Assembly (NCBI GenBank): GCA_019058315.1
Contig: JAHPZH010000001.1
Span: 149,466 to 213,465, forward strand
Origin: Candidatus Helarchaeota archaeon
GTDB taxonomy: Archaea; Asgardarchaeota; Lokiarchaeia; Helarchaeales; RDOG01
Direction of reading: 5' to 3'
DNA length: 64,000 nt
Shown: piece by piece, positions 40,239 to 48,305 of the stretch
How positions within the stretch are numbered: the first letter of the stretch is position 1
Layout: every line of letters begins with the position of its first letter
The notes under the pieces: generated by a model
Told to the model about the DNA's origin: nothing
Database searches by the model: none
Seen by the model: the letters and a program-made list of their open reading frames with translations, nothing else
Position numbers and translations under genes: made by a program

Positions 40239-40544
40239 ATGAAAAATAATAATGAGCAAAGTGGATATCCGTTTGGAATTTATTTATGTGAATGTGGCAT
40301 ATTATATATTTGGTATCCCGATTCTAAGAAGGATCCGAATCTAAACTTCTTTCCAGAAACCGTTAAGTGCGAATGTGGATTAGAAGTATGTATTACTGAA
40401 AAATTACGAATAAAAGATATTTGGACTGATTTAGTTCCCTCTTTTTTACAAACCTCAACTAAATATAAGTTTAAAAAACTTATGATGATAGATGAGGAAC
40501 ATGTGCATTTAGTATGGCAAACTGGCAAAGATTTTATTAATTAA
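40239..40544 (+). CDS. Small hypothetical protein, putative zinc binding
   Basis: Two CECG motifs. Confidence 0.5.
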   Translation: MKNNNEQSGYPFGIYLCECGILYIWYPDSKKDPNLNFFPETVKCECGLEVCITEKLRIKDIWTDLVPSFLQTSTKYKFKKLMMIDEEHVHLVWQTGKDFIN

Positions 40545-40750
40545 GGTATGATATAACAAAAATACTTTAAAGATCTCATAAATTTTCTTCTCTAAATATT
40601 AAAAATCTTATATTTGTTTATATTAAATCATTTTTCTTTTATAAAATCAAAATTTAAGACCGATAAATAATATAAAAGAATATAAATAAATTAAGTTAAT
40701 TTTAAATTAAACCAAAAGAGATAGTGATATTCACTAGAGGCAGTCGATAA

Positions 40751-41278
40751 TTGATTTACAACCTTTTTATTTTAACAAAATCTGGCATAGCGATTTTTTA
40801 TAAAACTTATTCGCCAGAATCTATTATTAATAATGAGGTTATGGTAGCTGCTTTTTTTTCAGCAATGTTTTCGTTTTCTAACAATCTTACAGGACGTTCT
40901 CTAGATTTATTACGTGTAGGCGAAAGACAATTCGTTATAAAAGAAACAGCTGATTTATTAATTATAGTTTTAGTCGATAATGACGATAATATGTCCGAGA
41001 TTCTTGAAAAATTAGACTCTTTAGTTGATTTTTTGTATAAGAACTATAGTGTATATATTACAAAAAGAACGTTTGACGGAGATTTAGAACGTTTTGCAGG
41101 TATCGAGCTAGAAATTGATAATATAATATTAAAAAAGCCAGTTTCTAAAACAAGTAGTAGTGTTTTGGAAACTCTTGAAGAAATTAAAAGATTATTGAAC
41201 ACTCGTAAGAAAGGTACAAAATTAAAATTGGATAAGTTATTGGATGAAAAAATAAAAGAAGCGAAAAAACAATCTTAA
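40751..41278 (+). CDS. Stand-alone longin-like domain protein
   Basis: MIYNLFILTKSGIAIF..MVAAFFSAMFSFS..LIIVLVD..FDGDLERF..IDNII. Confidence 0.7.
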   Translation: MIYNLFILTKSGIAIFYKTYSPESIINNEVMVAAFFSAMFSFSNNLTGRSLDLLRVGERQFVIKETADLLIIVLVDNDDNMSEILEKLDSLVDFLYKNYSVYITKRTFDGDLERFAGIELEIDNIILKKPVSKTSSSVLETLEEIKRLLNTRKKGTKLKLDKLLDEKIKEAKKQS

Positions 41279-41330
41279 TAATCTTGTACTACTAAAGAAA
41301 TCTTGTTAAACTCTTTTTTTTTTAGATTTG

Positions 41331-42443
41331 TTAGATAATTATTGAAATTGTAAACATCGCAATACTACAAATAACTGGATTTAATATGTTATCTGATGCT
41401 TTTATTGGTGGAGAATAAAAATCAATTAGAAATAGAACTAATGCACCAGTTAAACTAATAATTATACCTTCTAATAAATTGCCATCAGGATATTGGGGAA
41501 GTAGAACCAAATATGATAGAAGTGAAAAACCAAAGCCGGCAATAAAACCACCAATACAACCTTCCCAAGTTTTTCTAGATTTTCCTCCATGTAATTTATG
41601 CTTTCCATAACTAATTCCAATAATTGTAGCAAATGCATCTCCTAATGCGGCAATTGCTATAGTTGCCATACCTATTTTTGGTGGAAAAAATAAAACTGCA
41701 AATAAACCTCCTGCAGCTAAATAAATATGTGGTCCAAAAAAATATCGTTCTTTTTCTCGATAAATATTACTTACTGCCTTTATCGGGTAATAACGGAATT
41801 TATAAAGCCTAATGAGGTCAGAAAAAGATGCAATAAAAAAAACAATTAATATCGCGAAAACAGTTATCATCTGACCTGCATTTGGGATTATATATGGTGT
41901 TTTCATCCAGATTAATGCATGAACTATAAAGAAAAACTGTGTATAACCATGTGTTGTTCCCATTGCAGTAGCTGATGAAAAAACTGCTATAGAAACAAAA
42001 TCACCAATAAATAAATAACAGATAAGTACTGCATCAATAACTGTATGGAAAAGTTTTCGTGCAATTTCTAAATCCATGGGCGCAATTGCATCTTTATGTA
42101 TTACTTTCTTTTGAGCTTCTTCGGTTATATATTTTTTTTGAATATATTCTTTAATTGCATAAACTCCAAAGAAATATATTAGAATTGGAATGAAAAGAAG
42201 AATAGTATTTGGAAAAGGAGGAGTTAACGGAAGGTTCATTGCTGCGGAAGGGTCATATGGGCTCTCCAGCATAACTAATAAACCACGTAAAAAGAAATAT
42301 ATTCCTATAACAATTATTACTATTGATGTAATCACTGTTGAATAATAAGCTTCTTTATTATCAAAATTTTTTGCAGTTTTTATAAAAACTACTGAAATTA
42401 TTAGTAGGATTACCCCTATTACCGCATTAGCAATTCCAAAAAT
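41331..42443 (-). CDS. Dolichol/phytol kinase-like (cytidylyltransferase family) membrane protein; probable AUU start
   Basis: RKLFH, LGDAFATIIG..GKHK..KTWEG, DNILNP. The frame extends 36 codons upstream of GTG 42335 to ATT at 42443, 7 nt after GGTGA. Confidence 0.75.
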   Translation of the reverse strand: MFGIANAVIGVILLIISVVFIKTAKNFDNKEAYYSTVITSIVIIVIGIYFFLRGLLVMLESPYDPSAAMNLPLTPPFPNTILLFIPILIYFFGVYAIKEYIQKKYITEEAQKKVIHKDAIAPMDLEIARKLFHTVIDAVLICYLFIGDFVSIAVFSSATAMGTTHGYTQFFFIVHALIWMKTPYIIPNAGQMITVFAILIVFFIASFSDLIRLYKFRYYPIKAVSNIYREKERYFFGPHIYLAAGGLFAVLFFPPKIGMATIAIAALGDAFATIIGISYGKHKLHGGKSRKTWEGCIGGFIAGFGFSLLSYLVLLPQYPDGNLLEGIIISLTGALVLFLIDFYSPPIKASDNILNPVICSIAMFTISIII

Positions 42444-42521
42444 TTTTTTCTCACCTATAATTGAATGTATTAATAGATAGGAATAATACTTTTATTATTA
42501 TCTTGGGACTTAAGAAATTGA

Positions 42522-42716
42522 ATGAAGTTAACTGATTTTTATTTGTTAGAAGTTCTCGGGCTAATTTCGATAATGTTTATTGTAGGTACGGTCATTTTTT
42601 TTATCTTGGCGGTAATTTATGAAAGAAATTCAAAATTTTTTGCAATCTTGGGAGGAGCAACAAGTAGTATTACGTTAGTTCTTTTTATAATTTCAATGAT
42701 TGTCGGGACGGCTTAA
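42522..42716 (+). CDS. Small two-helix membrane protein
   Basis: 64 aa with two hydrophobic segments; fills an intergenic gap. Confidence 0.45.
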   Translation: MKLTDFYLLEVLGLISIMFIVGTVIFFILAVIYERNSKFFAILGGATSSITLVLFIISMIVGTA

Positions 42717-42857
42717 TTTATTTGAAAGATTTTACTTTTTTCAGATTTATTCTATTGTTTTTCAAAATTTGCATAAATCTAAACTTATTAAACTAATATT
42801 TTTTATATTACATAACAAAGAAATTTTAGAATAAATTTACAAAATTTGGCGATTTAA

Positions 42858-43484
42858 TTGTCAAAAGATTGGAAAGAAAATTTTAATGACTTTAAATGCA
42901 AGGTTTGCAATTTTCCTTTAATCTTATATGAAGTTCAAGCTAAAAAAGATACCACTATTTTTAAAGCCAAATGTCCAGCTCATGGATTTGGAACTATAAA
43001 AATTCCAACAGGTGTGGTTTCAAATTTCATTCCACAAATTACAGATCAGATTTTTCGTTGTTTTACATGCGGTGGATCTGCCACTCTTGATCAAATGGTA
43101 GATAAAGATGTCTGGAAAATTATAAAAGTAAAATGTCCAATTCATGGTATTTCAAAAAAATATAAATATAATTATCACGTGTTTTCAGAAGTTTGGGCTT
43201 TTAAACAGAAAGGAATTTCGGCAACTAAACCAATAGAAAAGAAAATCCCTATAAAAGAACCTCCGAAGGAAAAGAAAAAGACTGAAAGAGAAGAAATCCA
43301 ATTCTGTAGGGAATGTGGAGTTAAATTAAAACCAGATTATCTTTTTTGTAATAAATGTGGAGTTAAAATAATCAAAGTTCCAATTAAAAAAGATGCACCT
43401 AAAGAACAGAATTTTTGTGGGGAATGTGGCTATCCGACTGACCATAAATATAAGTTTTGTATTCGATGTGGAACAAAATTATGA
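42858..43484 (+). CDS. Multi-zinc-ribbon protein
   Basis: Two CxxC...CPxHG modules, a Lys/Pro linker, and two FCxxCG..FCxxCG ribbons. Confidence 0.75.
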   Translation: MSKDWKENFNDFKCKVCNFPLILYEVQAKKDTTIFKAKCPAHGFGTIKIPTGVVSNFIPQITDQIFRCFTCGGSATLDQMVDKDVWKIIKVKCPIHGISKKYKYNYHVFSEVWAFKQKGISATKPIEKKIPIKEPPKEKKKTEREEIQFCRECGVKLKPDYLFCNKCGVKIIKVPIKKDAPKEQNFCGECGYPTDHKYKFCIRCGTKL

Positions 43485-43594
43485 GAGATTTTAACAAAAA
43501 ATCTTAAATTTCTAGATATAAAACCGTCAAAAACATAAAAAGTCTGGAATTAAATAATTTTTTACGCTAATAGAATAAATAAATTAGATTTAAG

Positions 43595-43606
43595 TGTGAT
43601 ATCACA
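43595..43606. promoter_or_regulatory. Perfect 12-bp palindrome upstream of the ACR-associated gene pair
   Basis: TGTGATATCACA, 11 bp upstream of TATA-like TTTAATAA (43618-43625). Confidence 0.45.
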
Positions 43607-43671
43607 AACAGATCAAATTTAATAATTATTTCATTCTCACAATATTTAATTCAGATCTGGAAGATTAGAAG

Positions 43672-44703
43672 TTGAGATTTGACATTTATAAACAGATGTG
43701 GCCTTTAGCCCGTCATATTTATCAAGCATTATGTATCGAAAAGACAATTGAGATTCCAAATGTTACCAATGATACAAAGATAGACGATATTTATTTAAAA
43801 GAACCATGGTTCTCAATAACGCAAGAAATAATTAATGAAGTTTCTGCAAGAATGGATACGGCAATTGTGCATGCTAAAGAATATCAAGAAAATAAAGAAA
43901 AAATTTATACTGATTTCTGGATGTTACCTCCAAGCGTCGCAATATCTTCAAATATTCAAAAAGATACTACACAACTTATTTATGGAAAAAAATGTACTTG
44001 TAGCTTCGTCCTCTTAGATGATTTTACCGGTGAGCTACTCGCTATCTGGAGTAATTATCTCGAAGCAGGTTTTCCAGTAGATCGCTATTATATAGCCCCT
44101 ATTTTGGAAGGTCATGAAAGTGATAACGAGCTTTTCAATAGGAGGCATTTAAAATTAGGGGAAAAGCTAAGAGATATTGCAAAGAAGAAAGATAGAACAT
44201 TAGTAGAATCTGCTAAGTATATTTTAGACATTCTGTATGATCTTAGAAATGAAAAACATCCGGAGCGAGTAAAAGCAAACTTCTTTATTTGTATGTCATT
44301 AATAAGTGGTTCAATAAATCAAATGGTTATGAGATCTAATTATGATGTCCTAGCAACAATTTGGGATGGGGTTAATTCAAAGAATTTGGGATATCCAGAG
44401 CAATATTTTTTCTATTATCCCTGGCCACCAATATTAAATACATTATTTGCTGCTCCCCGTGACATTTGGATTCAAAGACTCACATCTCTTACAACTAAAG
44501 GTCGATTTTACCTTAATCATCAAGAGACCAAATGTTCCGTAATGAATGAAAAATTCGGTCGGTATCGATATTTAATACCTAATAAAGAACAATTATTAAA
44601 AGCTAAAATTCCATCAATAAAAGAAGGACGGAATGAGTATATTTTCCCAGAAACTGAAAATCCCATCCCTCTTGATATTAAAGAAAGAAGCTTTATTGAA
44701 TAA
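43672..44703 (+). CDS. ACR-associated protein of unknown family, paralog 1
   Basis: Shares TT.LIYG, E.G.PVD, RRH.KLG.KLR, ILDIL.D.RNE, IWDGV and PWPPIL.TLFA with the next ORF. Confidence 0.8.
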   Translation: MRFDIYKQMWPLARHIYQALCIEKTIEIPNVTNDTKIDDIYLKEPWFSITQEIINEVSARMDTAIVHAKEYQENKEKIYTDFWMLPPSVAISSNIQKDTTQLIYGKKCTCSFVLLDDFTGELLAIWSNYLEAGFPVDRYYIAPILEGHESDNELFNRRHLKLGEKLRDIAKKKDRTLVESAKYILDILYDLRNEKHPERVKANFFICMSLISGSINQMVMRSNYDVLATIWDGVNSKNLGYPEQYFFYYPWPPILNTLFAAPRDIWIQRLTSLTTKGRFYLNHQETKCSVMNEKFGRYRYLIPNKEQLLKAKIPSIKEGRNEYIFPETENPIPLDIKERSFIE

Positions 44704-44736
44704 TTTTTAATAATTTTTAATGAAATTGTGTAGATA

Positions 44737-45891
44737 ATGAGCCAATTTAATTATGGTGATATTCCGGATTCAGTTCCTTCAAAACCTTTGCTTCCTTTAG
44801 GTGAACATCTATGGAAATTATATAAGAAACTCGGATGGGATTATTTCATACAAAAATTTACTGATCCGAGTGTAGGTTATTTCCCAGAATTTGCAGAATT
44901 TATCAGTGAAAAGTTTCAAACAGCCGTTGATACAACTAAAAAAGTTCTTAATGAGGAAATCAATGAACCTGATAAAGTTCTAACAACTTGGTTTTTTCCT
45001 CCAGTAATTTTCGTCCGTTCTGACCTTCAAATGGGGACTACAAAACTTATTTACGGGGATTCAACTGATATAACGTTTACTATTATGAATGATACCAACT
45101 ACGAAATAGAATTGCTATGGAATGGGCATATGGAGGAGGGTCTACCTGTCGATTATTGGTACATCAGTGGCGAAGATGAAGTATTTGATAGGAGACATAT
45201 GAAACTAGGGTACAAACTTCGGGAAATTCCCAAAAAAATTAAAAATTTTGTAAAAAGTGGAAATCGTATTTTAGATATATTACGAGATGTTCGAAATGAG
45301 CGAAGTCCACAATGGGCTGACGCTGCGTATTCCACATGTATGCTTTGGATTTCTGGGGCTACCAATATATTTTGTGAACCTTCAAGTTGGAGTGCGCTTG
45401 CAGAAATCTGGGATGGTGTCACCGCTAAAAAAAATTATGGGAGACCTGACCATTGGTTCTGCTATACCCCCTGGCCTCCTATTTTAAGAACTCTATTTGC
45501 TATGGACCGTGATGAATGGACTATTAGATTAACAGGTCTATTAACCAGCCATCATTTATTTATCAATGGCTTTGAACCAAAGATGAAGAGTTTTCATAAG
45601 AATATTATACCCGAAATTTGGGAATGTATAATAGATAATATGAAAGAAAAAGGAGTTCCTACTCCAAGGCAGACCCTAGGTTGTAAAATCCCCAATCTAA
45701 AAAATAAAAAGAAATTTCAACGAGAAGAATTTGAATTTAATTATCCAAGTGGTACCAAAATTATGCCTTACGAATGGGGATTAACAGATGATGAAATCTT
45801 TGATGGAATTTATACTGATTTTACCCATGAAACACCATCAGAACTAAATTATGGGAAAGAACATATAATTAAAATTGGAATTGGTAAGTAA
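44737..45891 (+). CDS. ACR-associated protein of unknown family, paralog 2
   Basis: Same shared blocks; longer C-terminus; 178 bp upstream of acrB. Confidence 0.8.
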   Translation: MSQFNYGDIPDSVPSKPLLPLGEHLWKLYKKLGWDYFIQKFTDPSVGYFPEFAEFISEKFQTAVDTTKKVLNEEINEPDKVLTTWFFPPVIFVRSDLQMGTTKLIYGDSTDITFTIMNDTNYEIELLWNGHMEEGLPVDYWYISGEDEVFDRRHMKLGYKLREIPKKIKNFVKSGNRILDILRDVRNERSPQWADAAYSTCMLWISGATNIFCEPSSWSALAEIWDGVTAKKNYGRPDHWFCYTPWPPILRTLFAMDRDEWTIRLTGLLTSHHLFINGFEPKMKSFHKNIIPEIWECIIDNMKEKGVPTPRQTLGCKIPNLKNKKKFQREEFEFNYPSGTKIMPYEWGLTDDEIFDGIYTDFTHETPSELNYGKEHIIKIGIGK

Positions 45892-46069
45892 GAATGATAG
45901 GTACAATTGATAATTAAGATGATTTTACCAAATAATTCTGTATTAAATTATAACAACTTAGAAAGAAAACAAAATAAACAAAAATAATAATTTTAATTAT
46001 ATTATTAGTTTGAATTTTTTAATTTTTTAAATCAAATTGATTTCATTAGAACTTATTTTAGTGATTTGA

Positions 46070-47467
46070 TTGAAATATAAGGATATTTTTGATTTATATA
46101 GTGATACTGGTGAATGTTTGGCTGAGGACGTTCCTCTTGAAGCAATATCCCCAATGTATAACAAACATGTCCAAAAACTTCTAAAAATCTTTCGTACGAC
46201 AGCTTTTATAGATCTCGAAAAAGTCCAAAATATGTTCTCCAGAGGTCGTGCAGGACATACTACGAGTGTTAGACAAGATGAAGTTCAAATGAAACAATAC
46301 TCAAGAAAACTACCTATTATTCGTCAAGCTAAAGAAATTGCAGAGAAAATGGAAGAAATAATAGATATTAAGCCACTTGATGGCAATGGGGAAAAGGATA
46401 CAGAAATTAAATTGTTTAATAACGATAAAATGATACTTGTAAAAATGTCTAACCAAAGAATGGGTATATCCACCAGTAGAGCTCCCGTATTTACAATAAC
46501 GGGTTTAGCCTTTGGACAAGCAGTTTCTGAGATTTTTGATATTACTCCAGAAACAGATCCAGATGCTTGTGCTTTCTTAAAAAACGTCATATTTGGTCGT
46601 TATCCCCAAACAGTTACTTTTCAACCAGGAAATCCTGTGAGTAGTTTTTTGAATCCCCCACAACAACAAGAGGGTATTGGCTTAGGTTATCGTGGAATTA
46701 CGATAAATCACTTAGTTGCGTTATCTAATAGGCGTACCTTTGACGCAGTGGCTCTCACAAGCGTTTTAGAACAAGGTTGTCAATTTGAGACTGGTAATGC
46801 ATTAGGATGGTACGAAAGATATAATTTATTAGGTTTTGCTTACCAGGGGTTAAATGCAGATTGCTTAGTATTAGATTTAATTGAAGATAATGGTGATGGT
46901 ACCGTAGGTACTGTAATTCACTCACTTATGAAACGTGCGTTAGAGGATGGAGTCATTGAACCAAGAGGAGATAAATTTCCAGATGTTCAAACAGGTGGTT
47001 ATAAATTATATAAAACTCCTGACTTTCCTTTATGGAATGGATATACTTGCGCTGGTCTTTTAGCTGCCTGTATAGCCAACGTTGGAGCAAGCCGAGCTGC
47101 TCAATGCGTTTCTGCAGTTTTAGCTGGATTTGGCGATATGCTTACATTTGAATCAGGAGGTTTACCCGACCCAGATTGTGGAAGAGTTATGGGTACAGGG
47201 TTAGGATACTGTTTTTATACTCATAGTATTTATGGTGGGGCAGGTCCAGGAGCATTTCCAATGGATAATGTATTAGTAAAACATACATCTGGGTTTTTTA
47301 CTCCTTGTGTAGCTGCAGCTATGTGTTTAGATGCTGGAACACAAATTTTTGGACCTGAAGCTACTTCAAAGGGTTTTTTTACAATTCGTGAACAATTCGA
47401 AGATTTTAAAGATCCTTTAATAAAAATTGCAGATGCAGCTATAGAAATAAAGAAGAAATTAAGGTAA
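46070..47467 (+). CDS. mcrB: Alkyl-coenzyme M reductase beta subunit (divergent McrB)
   Basis: VPLEAISP, GRYPQT, AYQGLNAD, VGASRAAQ, DCGRVMGT, YTHSIYGGAGPG, AAAMCLDAGTQ. Confidence 0.96.
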   Translation: MKYKDIFDLYSDTGECLAEDVPLEAISPMYNKHVQKLLKIFRTTAFIDLEKVQNMFSRGRAGHTTSVRQDEVQMKQYSRKLPIIRQAKEIAEKMEEIIDIKPLDGNGEKDTEIKLFNNDKMILVKMSNQRMGISTSRAPVFTITGLAFGQAVSEIFDITPETDPDACAFLKNVIFGRYPQTVTFQPGNPVSSFLNPPQQQEGIGLGYRGITINHLVALSNRRTFDAVALTSVLEQGCQFETGNALGWYERYNLLGFAYQGLNADCLVLDLIEDNGDGTVGTVIHSLMKRALEDGVIEPRGDKFPDVQTGGYKLYKTPDFPLWNGYTCAGLLAACIANVGASRAAQCVSAVLAGFGDMLTFESGGLPDPDCGRVMGTGLGYCFYTHSIYGGAGPGAFPMDNVLVKHTSGFFTPCVAAAMCLDAGTQIFGPEATSKGFFTIREQFEDFKDPLIKIADAAIEIKKKLR

Positions 47468-47473
47468 TTAAAA

Positions 47474-48292
47474 ATGACAGAAATAAAAGAAAGAAAAAGA
47501 AAGAAATTTAAGCATAAAGTAGATTATAGCCCACAATTATATCCCGGTTCAGAACCGGTTGCTGAACGTAGACGTAAAATAATGAATCCTAATAAACGAT
47601 TAATTAAACTAAGAGACATTCCAGATGATGAAATTGTAATGATTCTAGGTCATAGATCACCTGGTGCATTATATACCAGTATTCATCCTCCCCTTGATGA
47701 AATTATAGAACCATTTGATCCTGTAAAACATATCATTAAACCCACTGCTGGAGCTCGTGCTGGAGATAGAATGAGATTTGTTCAATTTTCTGATAGTTTT
47801 TGGAGACCCGTAATTGCTCCCTGGTTGAGAGCAAGGTTATATTTTAGTCGATTTCGCGGAGTAGATACAGTAATTTATTCTGGTCGCCAATTATTAGAGA
47901 TGCGTGAAAGAGATATTGAAGAAGCTACTAGAATTCTAATTGAAACCGAATTATTCGATCCAGCCCGAACTGCTTTACGTGGGTTGACAGTACATGGGCA
48001 TGCTTTACGTCTGGATTCGAATGGTTTGATGTTTGATGCTCGAAAAAGGTATGTTTATGATCCTGATATTAATGAAGTTATATATGTGAAAGATATGCAT
48101 GCCCAAGTTCTTGATGAACCAATTGCAGTTGGTAGACCTTTAACTGAAGAAGAATTAATGGCTATGGATGTTACTTATCGTTGGGATTCCGCCCAATACA
48201 AATCTCGTACAGACATATTAGCAGTCATAGCTAGAATTTCAAAATTTAGAATATTAGGGGGATTTAAACCAGATTTAATTAATGGAAGATAA
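47474..48292 (+). CDS. mcrG: Alkyl-coenzyme M reductase gamma subunit (divergent McrG)
   Basis: PQLYPG, LGHRSPG.YTSIHPPL, GDRMRFVQF, RFRGVD..YSGRQ..EMRERD, RGLTVHGHALRLD.NGLMFD. Confidence 0.96.
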   Translation: MTEIKERKRKKFKHKVDYSPQLYPGSEPVAERRRKIMNPNKRLIKLRDIPDDEIVMILGHRSPGALYTSIHPPLDEIIEPFDPVKHIIKPTAGARAGDRMRFVQFSDSFWRPVIAPWLRARLYFSRFRGVDTVIYSGRQLLEMRERDIEEATRILIETELFDPARTALRGLTVHGHALRLDSNGLMFDARKRYVYDPDINEVIYVKDMHAQVLDEPIAVGRPLTEEELMAMDVTYRWDSAQYKSRTDILAVIARISKFRILGGFKPDLINGR

Positions 48293-48305
48293 ATGGTGAT
48301 TTTAT

